From NCBI GenBank assembly GCA_040954595.2, contig CM082581.2, forward strand, positions 3,402,699 through 3,466,698: DNA of 64,000 nt, in the 5' to 3' direction. Below the pieces are notes generated by a model. That model was not told where the DNA came from. It ran no database searches and worked only from the letters and a program-made list of their open reading frames with translations. This DNA comes from Balanoglossus misakiensis. Taxonomy: Eukaryota; Animalia; Hemichordata. The translations under genes and the position numbers were made by a program. The stretch's first letter is position 1; each line of letters begins with the position of its first letter. Shown here one piece after another: positions 29,020 to 41,332 of this stretch.

Positions 29020-30183
29020 AACAACTCCAGACACCAAGGACCATGAAAATTCAAATATGAATTCAAAAATATCACCATGGCAACCATATATGCCAAAATA
29101 CAACCAGGGTGTACTCCCAGACACCCAAAGACCATGAGAATTCAAATACGAATTCAAAAATATCACCATGGCAACCACATATGCCAAAATACAACCAGAG
29201 AGTACTCCCAGACACCCAAAGACCATGAGAATTCAAATACGAATTCAAAAATATCACCATGGCAACCCCATATGCCAAAAATACAACCAGGGTGTACTCC
29301 CAGACACCCAAAAACCATGAAAATTCAAATATGAATTCAAAAATATCACCATGGCAACCCCATATGCCAAAATACAACCAGGGTGTACTCCCAGACACCC
29401 AAAAACCATGAAAATTCAAATATGAATTCAAAAATATCACCATGGCAACCCCATATGCCAGAACACAACCAGAGAGTGCTCCCAGACACCCAAAGACCAT
29501 GAGAATTCAAATATATCACCATGGCAACCCCATATGCCAAAATACAACCAGGGTGTACTCCCAGACACCCAAAAACCATGAAAATTCAAATATGAATTCA
29601 AAAATATCACCATGGCAACCCCATATGCCAAAATACAACCAGGGTGTACTCCCAGACACCCAAAGACCTTGAGAATTCAAATATGAATTCAAAAATATCA
29701 CCATGGCAACCCCATATGCCAGAACACAACCAGAGAGCACTCCAAGACACCCAAAGACCATGAGAATTCAAATATGAATTCAAAAATATCACCATGGCAA
29801 CCCCATATGCCAAAATACAACCAGGGTGTACTCCCAGACACCCAAAAACCATGAAAATTCAAATATGAATTCAAAAATATCACCATGGCAACCCCATATG
29901 CCAAAATACAACCAGGGTGTACTCCCAGACACCCAAAAACCATGAAAATTCAAATATGAATTCAAAAAATATATCACCATGGCAACCCCATATGCCAAAA
30001 TACAACCAGAGAGTGCTCCCAGACACCCAAAGACCCTGAGAATTTAAATATGAATTCAAAAATATAACCATGGCAACCCCATATGCCAAAATACAACCAG
30101 AGAGTACTCCCAGACACCCAAGGACCATGAGAATTCAAATATGAATTCAAAAATATAATCATAGCAACCCCATATGCCAAAAT
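29020..30183. repeat. 91-bp tandem array, about 13 copies
   Basis: Unit CCCAGACACCCAAAGACCATGAGAATTCAAATATGAATTCAAAAATATCACCATGGCAACCCCATATGCCAAAATACAACCAGGGTGTACT; one copy has a 12-bp deletion. It is preceded by a 29-bp x3 repeat at about 28847-28935. Confidence 0.95.
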
Positions 30184-30391
30184 AGAACTAATGAACTCTA
30201 AAAAAATCAATACATCCATAACACTCCCAGTCACGTATCAAAAATCGCAGACATAGAAAACAATCAGGAAAGGACATTGGAGCAGTCTTGCCACTGCTCA
30301 TCAAGATGCACTACAGAATGAAAATAAATTACACCACTCGCAACAAATATACTTCATACATTCATAGAATGTACTCAATCACACAGATCCT

Positions 30392-31475
30392 TGGGTAGTG
30401 GGTAGGGTAAGGTAGGATACAGGGCAGGGCTGGGGACAAGGCAGCTAGGGGAAAGGACAGGGCAGGGAGCAGGGCTTGGTAAAGGGGCAGGATAGGGAAG
30501 AGGGGCAGGACAGGGAACAGGGTAGATGGGTCGACAGGTGGGCAGGACAGGGAACAGCTAGCGTACCGGTAGGGGGTATGACAGGGAATGGGGTAGAGGG
30601 CAGGACAGGCATGGAACAGGGTAGAGGGGTCAGGACGTGGACAGGGAACAGGGTAGAGGCAGTGTACGAAATAAAGCCAGTCCGACAGTCCGAGACTGGT
30701 TGTTTTTCTGTAGGACTGGTAAAAATAAAATGTTACCAGTCCGACAGACAGGTTGATTTTAGCGTGGGAGTTGACCAGTAGTATCATGGTATCTTTTAGA
30801 CTTTCCCCAGTTCATGTATTGCACATAAAAGAAACAATGATCTAAGTAATGTAAAGAGAAACTGAAAGATGATTCCATCCCATCTTCAATTGTTCAAAGA
30901 TGAGGTAATACCTTCTCAGTTGTATTTGATTACATTTAATTGTAAGGTATAATATCAGGACTGGTAAGTTTTTGGCAGGACTGGCAACTTTTTGAAGTTG
31001 CCAGTCCTGGTGACTGGTTGATATTTCCTACGAATTTCGAACACTGGTAGAGGGGAGGGCAGGACAGGGAACAGGGTAGAGGGACAGGCAGGGAACAGGG
31101 TAGAGGGGTCAGGACTGGGACAGGGTAGAGGGTAGAGGGGAGGGCAGGACAGGGAACAGGGTAGAGGGCAGGACAGGGAACAGGGTAGAGCAGGACAGGG
31201 AACAGGGTAGAGCAGGACAGGGAACAGGGTAGAGAGCAGGACAGGGAACAGGGTAGAGCAGGACAGGGAACAGGGTAGAGGGCAGGACAGGGAACAGGGT
31301 AGAGGGCAAGACAGGGAACAGGGTAGGGGTATAGGACAGGGTAGAGAGGACGGGGCAGGGAACAGGGACAAGGCAGCTAGGGAACAGGGGAGAGGGTAGA
31401 TGGGTCAGGACAGGGCAAGACTAGGGATAGGATGGGGCAGGAGAGGATGGGAACGGGGAACAGAGAAGAGGGGAC
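30392..31475. repeat. G-rich purine minisatellite (CAGGACAGGGAACAGGGTAGAG[GG])n interrupted by the 387-bp element
   Basis: 22-24-bp units, most regular at 31140-31330. Confidence 0.9.
30660..31046. mobile_element. 387-bp non-autonomous hAT/P-like element, copy 1
   Basis: TIR CAGTGTWCGAAAT, subterminal CCAGTCC/GGACTGG repeats and a 7-bp flanking duplication GTAGAGG. Appears identical to 59767-60153. Confidence 0.85.
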
Positions 31476-32312
31476 AGATTTAGCAGGCCGAAGAAGAAAA
31501 AGAAATACCAATAGGGGCCCAAGCCATTATGGAAACATGGCCATTAAACCTCTATTTCTTCTATATTACCAAATCATACTTTCAAAATGTACTAGTAAAT
31601 CATGCCTATATCAAGTACAATAATGAAAAAAGGACAATTCAAGTTTATAGAGAGAGAGAGCAAGTCGATCAATATGTGGTGATATTTAACTGTTTATTGT
31701 CATGTTTGCTTTCTAAACACAACTGTTTTACACAAGTTTCGTAGCAATACAGGAATAATGCTGTATTCCCTTTTTATTGTTTAACATCAAGCTTATCTGA
31801 ACTTTACTTTTTCTATATATGAGTGCAATAATGCTCTCTAAGGATGAATGGTAAACACCTGAAGGCTGCTGTATCCAGTGCAATTACCAGTAGTGTTAAT
31901 TTACACACAGTGCTTTACAGTTACGTGCAATGATTGTTGTGCCTATAGGACCCAACAACCTTCAGGTATAATGCTGAACAAATCGTAGTGATAATTTAGG
32001 ATTATTTCAATGGCAAACTTAAAGCAGTGTTGGCACACTGAAATGCAATTTAATTTTAACCTGCTCCCTCTCTCTGTGACACAGTACAGATTATACAATG
32101 TCCAATTGCAACAAATGTTGGGGAAGTTCTGTTCTTGAAATGACGATGAAACCAAACAAAGTTGGTCATTGAAAGAAAGTCATCTTGTCCAGGAAAACTC
32201 CTCTGCATCTGATGCCCTCCATTTTGAATTCATGCATGTATCCTCTTCTTTCCTAGAACAGAAGACAAAATTACACTTACCTTAAATTGAATTATCATAG
32301 CAAAATACATTA

Positions 32313-32660
32313 AAAGGGTGACGATCTTCTTATGCGCATGTGCCAGACCAGAGACTCTGGTTACAAAAATTGTTTACAGTCAACGTCATAAGGCAGCGAG
32401 GGTGCTGTCCTAACAAAAGACAAGATGGCAGCGACCATAGTCTGTGTCAGAGATTGGGTAAAGACAGCAAATGGGGTGAAAAGAAGGGACAAAACTAAAG
32501 TCTATACTTATACCAGTATGGTGCTCAAGGAAAAGTGGATGGATGCTAAGGCAGTCCACTATTTGAATGAGTCAAACACAGAATTTGCAGAACATTTGGA
32601 TTGGACATGATGTTTGCACACATGGAATTACGCACATGCGCATAAGACGATCGTTGGCCT
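32313..32660. mobile_element. TTAA-flanked MITE; related copy at about 56851-57131
   Basis: Inverted GATCTTCTTATGCGCATGTG / CACATGCGCATAAGACGATC near TTAA ends. Its interior (CTGTCCTAACAA...AAGATGGCAGCGACCATA) is shared in reverse with 56851-57131. Confidence 0.6.
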
Positions 32661-33769
32661 TTAACTTCCACACAGAAATAAAAATGTGCTCCTGTCAAAC
32701 ACTCAGACCATGCATAGGACATGGGTCTAGAATGTGACAACATTCAATCAGGTAATTTCTTAATCTCCATGTAATACATGTATGCTTGTTGGTGCCCCTT
32801 GACAGCCAGACAACAATTACCATAAGTACAGTTTATTTCAAGAAGTCTGGAGAATATTTAAAATCATTTGAGTATAACTGTCTTGCACTAAGGACACTGG
32901 TCCCATATGGGGAGTACACAGACATAGATGTACACTGGAATAACTGGATATGAATGGAATATCCTCAGGTGATATGTGACAGATCATTTTGGAGCGTTGA
33001 TTCATTGTGCTGCGATGTAAGAACCGATAACCTCAGGTACGGTACATATGCGAAACTGCTTTGAACAAACTCTTATCCAGAGTTTAAATAAAATTTGGAG
33101 ATGTAATGCCATAAAAATGAGTTTATCATAGCTCCGAACAACTCTTTCCTATGTATATAGATCCATGGACGTCCATGGTAGATCCTACATCGCTAATCCC
33201 ACTATGAAGATATGGCCATGGCACTATGTGTATTCCCCGCGTTACATAGGAACTGTGTAGGTTGCTGTAGCCATGGCTAGCTGGTCGCCCAGTTTCAACA
33301 ATTACCATTACATCAGGTAGCTGGCCAGTCTAGGGTCTATGCATAAACTAATTGAAGTTTGGGACGTGTAAAATTGTTCTGCTGTCTTTAAATTCAATAC
33401 AGTATTTATGTCATCCACTATATGAAACAGCAATAATTGATTCAGACAAAGCAATGTGTACAAGTATAAATGTCAATCAGTTTCTTTTTGTACCTATTGA
33501 AACATACAGAAGTTGATCAAAAACCAGACAAGTGTCCCAAGTGAAAACAATATGTTGTGGGACATTTCGTATTGCAGCTGTCAAGACGCCGTCCGTCCTA
33601 TTAAACTAAGAGCATTGAGATCGATTTGTTTACATCATTGTTGGGGGGTCCTTGAAACCGGCCGAAAGTAGAAGTGTAAAATGAGTCACCTATTACACTC
33701 CAGGTGACGGGGGTGTCTTGAAACTGACCTCCATTGGATTTGGATGGTGGGGAGTTGCAGCTTCAATAG

Positions 33770-35260
33770 TTACCTTGGAAATCTGCTTGGCTGCTCTACA
33801 GGCATAACACATCTCTATATGATTGTGTAGGTTGGCAGTTGTCGATCATCAGAGATAAACTGGTATCTGCAAAACATGAAAAAAGACCAATACATATATT
33901 TTGTGTCCAACAACACAATGGTCAAATGTAGCAGAATTGATCTGTCTTCATGGACAATACAATGCCGATACGTCCAAAATGAGCCATTAAAATATATATG
34001 CTGTCATCCATGGTGTCTACTGAATTTTGAAATCTAAGTTTTACCTTACCCGCTACCTTTGAATCTGCTTGACTACTTTACAGGCATGCACACAGATTTA
34101 CTCTGGCAGTTGTTGATCATCAGAGAGAAATAGGTGTCATCTGCAAATATGAAAAATATATCAATAAGCATTTCTGTGTCAAACAGAACAATAGTAGAAT
34201 GTAGCAGCTGATCTCCTGTCTTCCAAAATGAGCAATTAAATTCTATATGTTGTCATCCATCCATGTCGTCTACTGAATCTTGAATTCTAAGTTTGACCTT
34301 ACGCTACCTTTGATTCTGCTTGGCTACTTTACAGGCATGCACACAGATTTACTCTGGCAGTTGTTGATCATCAGAGAGAAATAGGTGTCATCTGCAAATA
34401 TGAAAAATATATCAATAAGCATTTCTGTGTCAAACAGAACAATAGTAGAATGTAGCAGCTGATCTCCTGTCTTCCAAAATGAGCAATTAAATTCTATATG
34501 TTGTCATCCATCCATGTCGTCTACTGAATCTTGAATTCTAAGTTTGACCTTACGCTACCTTTGATTCTGCTTGGCTACTTTACAGGCATGCACACAGATT
34601 TACTCTGGCAGTTGTTGATCATCAGAGAGAAATAGGTGTCATCTGCAAATATGAAAAATATATCAATAAGCATATGTCTGAGTCAAACGTATGGTAATAT
34701 GTATCTATGGTCAGAGATGATTTCCGGTCTTCATGGACAATATAATATCTCCGTCCAAAATTAGCAGTTTATGCTGTCAGCCACGGGGGTCTACTGAATC
34801 TTGAGAAGACTAATTTATTACCCTTGATTTCAGCTTGGCTATTTAACTGACATGCATAAAGATCTACATTGGCAAATGGTGATCATCAAAGAGAAACTGT
34901 TGTCTGTAAAAATGGGAAAAATAGACCAATACACATTTTTTTGTGTCAAAAAGAACAATGGTAAAATGTAGCAAATGATCTTCTGTCTTCATGAACAATA
35001 CAGTACATTCGAAATGAGCCATATATGCTGTCATTCATGGGGTCTACCAAATTATGAGGAGACTATGTTACGGTATTACCTTTGAATCTGCTTGGCTACT
35101 TTACAGGCATCCACCCAGATCTAGTTTGGCAGTTGTTGATCATCAAAGAAACTTCTGTGCACAAATGAAAAAATATGCCAATAAAAAGACAGTAAAATGG
35201 ATCTATGGACAGAGATTTCCTATCTTCATGAACAATACACAACGCCATACAGTTGTGGAC
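33770..35260 (-). repeat. About 251-283-bp tandem array, 6 copies, each containing a splice-site-bounded block
   Basis: Units start at about 33770, 34051, 34302, 34553, 34818 and 35076; copies 2-4 are near identical with period 251. Confidence 0.9.
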
Positions 35261-36078
35261 AAATCTTGGCCTTTTGTGATTTAGAGATCTTCATCGTGGT
35301 TCATGAAGGTAATGTACTTCAATGGCTGCTCACACAAAATAAATTTGCATACCCACACCACAGGATTCATGTCACCAGGTTACCCTCTTCGTGTCTGGAC
35401 TGGAGGATATATTGTATCATCGAAATCTGAAACTAATAAGAAAAAACTGTGTAAATAGACAATTATAACTGACTGCTATAGACTGCAACTTGGCTGCTAA
35501 CAAACTCCAAAACCTGCAACAAATAATAAATAGGAAATATTAATTCATTATCATAGACAGGGCGGGTTTTATGTCATCTATTGTATACTTCGCAAACATT
35601 GTTCTACGCCTTTCATCTGTTGGCTATTTAGATAGCTGATACACATTATCCATTGTAAAACTCAAGGATCTGATAAACATATTTCATTATACTCAATAGA
35701 CTTACAAAAAATGTAACTATCTCCACTTCATTAGGAGAAACATGGACCAGTAATCAGTCAACAAATCACTGCCAATGACGCAAAAACTCTATAAATTACC
35801 AACAAATTATCCCCCAGTAGTTATCACCTTTCTACATATTATGTATTATAATTGTATTACTATGCCTATCACTAATTTTAGCTCCTAAATGGAAAATCAC
35901 CATTACAGCTTAATATGGAGAGTTTTAAGTTTAAGAAAACAACACAGTGCTAAAAACTGTACAAATTATTAATGGGCTTTTCAGTTATTCCCTAAATCAT
36001 CATAAATATTTACTAAAATATGCCTTTAAGCTATTAGCATACTTGACAATATCAGTCACTACAAATTCAACACATTTT

Positions 36079-36114
<36 letters not shown>
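36079..36114. repeat. (CAT)n microsatellite; another at 23611-23639
   Basis: Direct reading. Confidence 0.85.
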
Positions 36115-36115
<1 letters not shown>

Positions 36116-39100
36116 CAACCGCCATCAAGTATCAATGTCAATCATCACCATAACAATAAACAACAACAATTAACATGAAAACTGCCACCACCATCACCAA
36201 CTTTACAAGAAAACAAAAACAAAATATTAAATGACCCATGAAAATCACAAACTTGCAACCAATGGCATCCTACAAAGTCACTAGTTTATTAATCTATCTA
36301 TAATATACTCTTAAATATTACGTTTATTATTCAGTAGGTAAATTAGTAAGTCTAAGAATTTTGTAATATTAAACCTTCAATTCGTTATTATTCATATGCA
36401 TAGTTGACATTATACACCAGTAATTCTGAATGTTGATTTTATTTAAATTACTGCAACTTCCATAACAGACATGTTGCTATGCAAATTGCTTTCCAATTTA
36501 CAAATGAGTGCTCACTTTAGGGGAAAGACAATGAGCTGTTGGTGAAACTGACCGGATGGTATTAAACACAATACAATACAGGTATTCCCGTACACATCTG
36601 AAATACAAATCTTACATAATGCAATGTTTATTTAATAATCTGGAATAAAATCATGCATTCAATACAAACAAATTGTGATCACAATTACACCAGTTAAATA
36701 AATTAAAAGCTTTAACTCATAAACACTCTGAGTGATACATCATGTTTGTGAGTGCAGTATATAGTATGTCATGTTTGCGAGTGCAAGGTATGTAATGATA
36801 TCCCCAAATCTGACTGGCCAGGTCAGAATGGGGACACCCACATGGAATATTATACAAAACACATTAAATACCACAGTCTATCCAACTGCAGTGTCATTGC
36901 ATATACGAGAACAACAGAGAATCATAAGGCGCACATTCCTAGAAAAAAAGGAGAACTTTATTTAATTAACAATAATCAACATACCAGTCATAAATGTTTT
37001 CACCAACAGCTCATTGTACTAGAGTCATCTTTCTCTAGATTGTACACAGAATCACCTGTCTCACAAAACTCTGTACACAGAATCACAAAGTATGCAATGT
37101 CAACTATGCAGAGTGTTTAGGCTACCAATTCTGATGAATATTTAAGATGAATGTGATTGACTGTTTGGATGAAAATACACCACAGTGACTGTGTTATATT
37201 GTTGGTTAAATTAAACCTTCACTAACAAATTTATTTGTTACTTTGTACCACTATGACTACAAAATGTCATGCCTATTCAGACAGAACTGAACATTGCACC
37301 AATATTATTGTGGATTAAATTAAGACCATTAACAATCAAATAATCACCACATGAAGACCTGTATACCATTCAAACAATTATTCATCTCAACCGTTTTCAT
37401 TACAAAGTATCCAGAAAATCCACCTATCTGACAATATATCACGCTGACATACCGTACACTATGCAGAAACTACTGTTATTGGTGTCTTTCTTACACAGCC
37501 ATAAAGTACTCATCACCATCATCATCATCATCATCACTATTAATTATTTTTGTCATTATTATTGTTATTTTGTTATTATTTCATCATTATCATCAACAGC
37601 AGTAATATACATTTGATACTATCATCCCTACCTATGATTTAATTATTTGATTATTTTTTCACTTGATTAAAATGTTCTGTCTTTAATCAACCTGCAGTTT
37701 ACAAACTACAAATGTGACTGCTCTCGTAGTAAGTTTGTCGTTTGATTGGCATTGATTTTGAGTAGTGCTCCAATTTCACTCATCGTCCTTACCGTAAAGT
37801 TGCATTTGAACATCCTGAAGTACATGTACACACAAACTGAATATAACAGATGCTTACCTTGTTTTGCAGCAGGCTAATGTTTTCAATTCTGCACCATTCT
37901 ACAATGTTCATAATCATTTCAGCTGCCAAGCAAAAGAACAATGCATTCATGATTGTATAGACAACAAAATAATACTTCCCTACTCAAAGATCAGCTTTAG
38001 TAACGTATATCCATTTCTGTAATCTTCAATTTTTCCCCACAAGTCTTGGAAAGTTCCTCCTGCAATTAAGAAGGTTGAAAACAATTTTGAGCACAAAATC
38101 AAAACTTTTGAACAGTAGAGAAATCATGGATAAGAAAAAATTCACATAGTATATCTTTATCTTCTAATGATTTAGTTGTCTATGAAATTTCGCCAGTTAC
38201 TCTGGAAAGTTAAGATCTAGCCAATCCCAATATTTAGTGGGAGGACATGTGAAAAGGCTATTAAAATTGCACCCATATCATGATCAATCAAAGACATGGG
38301 CAAAACATCCACGGGCCTCTGAGTCTAATAGTAAACATCACTGTTTAATTCCATTAGGGTGATGTCATAAGAAACATTCCTTTTAGTTTGGGGATTGGGG
38401 TGGACACTTTAGACCCCAGAAAATTTCTATCCTACAAAATCGATTTAAGGTGGCATTGCATGAATGACTTTTTTTAGAGGCCTATTTCTCATCAAAGACA
38501 ACGTTAAAACCCTCATAAACCATGTCAACAGCCTGTTGTGAACAAGGCTTCTCTGCAATGAAGTGCATAAAGACTGGCGATCCAGTCTGAACATTGAGAC
38601 TGTAGGCAATTTGCTGAGAATCAGCCTGGATGGACCAGAGAGTGATGACTATGCAGCAGACAGGACATTGGACAGATGCTCAGCATAGGCGACGGATGGA
38701 TGGATGTCAGAGATTGAGCCCCAACTGGTTGACAGCAGTAGTAATTGGGACAATAATGGTACAATATCCCTTATTATCATTGTCATTACAATAATTAACG
38801 TTTAGCTAAAAAAAATGGGCAGGTGAAAATATTGTATGGGCAGGTGGATTAAAAAGTTAAGTCCGAGGCCTGACTATGTACTGGTAATTGCTCTTCTTGA
38901 GATGAATTTTTTGTGTGGTATAACTTATAAGACAAATATCCTACAAAATATTAAAGTTCTGAATTACCTATGATTTGATTATTCTAAAGAAGCCAATCCC
39001 ATTAACTTAAAACTCAAATTTTAAAGTAATCAACCGCATAATTTCTGAGAAATATAATTTTTTTATCAAAATTGGAAAATATGCCCCTGAAATTCAAGAT

Positions 39101-40679
39101 ATTGCCCCCACAAAACATTGACATCATAGGTTTTGTAAATCATCATGACAACTCACCCAGGAACTTCAAATCAAATTTCAAAGCAATGGGGTAGAGGGTT
39201 CTGAGAAAGAGCTTTGACCAAAAATGGCAAATATCACCCAAAAAATTTACAGTTACTACTGAATTCTTCAAGTTGATTAATTTTGATAAACAGTATACAA
39301 ATCTTACTTAGGGTACCCCTAGGAACATGCCTACCAAATTTCAAAGCAATCTGACAAGTGGTTTTACAGGGGGGAAATTGACCACACAAAAAAAGGCAAA
39401 AATTGCTCCAAAATTATAAAAATATGCAAATTTTGCACCAATTTGAACAAAACTATGGTAACTCAGATCACCTAAATGAAGCTTCATACTTAATTTCAAA
39501 GAAATCAGCTGATCAATTCCAGAAAAGAAGATTTTTTACCCAAAATGTGGAAAAAGACAAAAAAATGCATATAAAATAGAAAATTCACACTATTAGCTCA
39601 AACCATACAGAACTGTGTGAGGTTAACATAAGGTACATGCATACCAATTTTCAAAGCAATCTGACCAGTGGTTGTTGAGTTTCTGAGTTTTGACCAATTA
39701 TACATTTTCACAGCTAATGTGTATATTTTGGCAATAACAACTTCATTTGAACAAACTCCCATCTACAGCCCAGCCTGCATCAGCACACCAAATATCAAGG
39801 TGATACGTGCAGCGGTTTGAAACTCTGGGATTGCCAATGACCACTTTATTTCGTCAATTTCTGAAATATGACCAGCGAGAGCTTTGTCAGTGGGGTATAG
39901 GCCCGTAGCGTGAGCGTTCGTATGACGCGATATCGGGAGATTGCTACTGATTTATCGTTTTTAGCTACCTTACAATCAATAAAATACCAACATAGCATCT
40001 GTACAAACGCCTGTGCGCGAACGTTGTGAAATTCTAAGGAAATTCGTCTTACTCTGAAACAATTTTAGTTGCGTTACCTAACTAGGAACTTCGTTACTGT
40101 GTAAAATTTAGCCTTAAATGCTGGGGCCAAAACTTTTTTTGCTTGGAGTTGACGTCACGGAATAAACATTATAAATTATACTTACTGAATCATTCAAGTC
40201 GACCAACGACATCCCATGCACACTGTATACCATCTTCAGAGCGGACTCCAGCACGAAAGTTGGATTCAAAAGCGTACACAAATCATGACACACCATTCTC
40301 CATGTTCTGTCTCGAATATTCTCAGAGCCGTCAGGTAGACACTTGCGCCATTATATATCTGACGTCATCGTGTAAAATTTCCATTACGTTGGACAACTTT
40401 TCACTCACTCCTTGCGATAGAACCACAGTCGAAACTTCAACTGTCTATGACAAAACTTGCACCCTGGCCGCAGGCGAATACTTGGAAGGAGATTTCAAGA
40501 ATAATATTTCCATTCGGAGGGATGGGCGCTCCATTCAAACCAAGCGATTTCGCGATGAAAGTTCACTCCAAACCGACCGCCATGATATGACGTAGGCCTT
40601 CCACAACTATACATCGCCCTCAACGCCACACCACGTGAAAGTAACAGTTTCGTTTGTTTTGTTTCTTCACACATCATCA

Positions 40680-41105
40680 TAGTCTCGGTTACCCAGAGCC
40701 CTCTGCTTCTTCCGTTAGGCACTCCAGAAAGAGGGTCTGGGGAAACCCGGTAGACTAACCGTCAGGCGGAATCGGGACAGCTGCGATGCATGACGGGAGA
40801 TTAATATTCGATACGATATTATGATATGTCGATATTAGAAAACTATTTACCGAACTTCTCTCTCTCTTTTCAATTTGTATACAGTTTTAGCAGGTCTAGC
40901 ACTTCTCAGCATGTTTTCTTTATCGTATGTCATACATGTCGGCCGTGGGTTCGCGCGCAGGACGTCGCCATTTTGGAATATTAATCTCCCGTCATGCATC
41001 GCAGCTGTCCCGATTCCGCCTGACGGTTAGTCTACCGGGTTTCCCCAGACCCTCTTTCTGGAGTGCCTAACGGAAGAAGCAGAGGGCTCTGGGTAACCGA
41101 GACTA
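40680..41105. mobile_element. AcademH-like non-autonomous element with 130-bp perfect TIRs and 9-bp TSD
   Basis: TAG...CTA termini; 40680-40809 is the reverse complement of 40976-41105; TSD ACATCATCA at 40671-40679 and 41106-41114. Confidence 0.85.
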
Positions 41106-41266
41106 ACATCATCACAACTTCGAGTCGACTGTCTAGTGCCACAGGTTTATCGATTTTGGACAGCGTACAGCTTTTCCGAGGACAACAAATTTATTTCCTT
41201 TAAGATACATTTTCCTACATTTGAATATCATTTAAATATTTTGTATAACTGAACTCTATTGTGGAC

Positions 41267-41267
41267 A

Positions 41268-41308
<41 letters not shown>

Positions 41309-41332
41309 AGATAGAGAGAGATAGATAGATAG
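41267..41332. repeat. (TAGA)n microsatellite
   Basis: Direct reading. Confidence 0.9.

Noticed and set aside
28828-30234. Overlapping repetitive ORFs (MVFGCLGV..., GIWGCHGDIFEF)
   Set aside because: They are artefacts of a 91-bp unit that is not a multiple of 3 and cycles through frames.
30362-31371. Pro/Cys/Leu-rich ORFs of 66-141 aa
   Set aside because: They are translations of the G-rich minisatellite and the inserted element.
33575-33726. Hammerhead-ribozyme-like hairpin
   Set aside because: There is no CUGANGA core. The inverted arms (TTTCAAGACACCCCC) match a dispersed repeat motif also seen near 11720 and 60850.
40143-40595. 150-aa plus-strand ORF
   Set aside because: It starts at a non-ATG codon, has no recognisable domain, and lies in a CpG-rich promoter-like region where chance ORFs are common.
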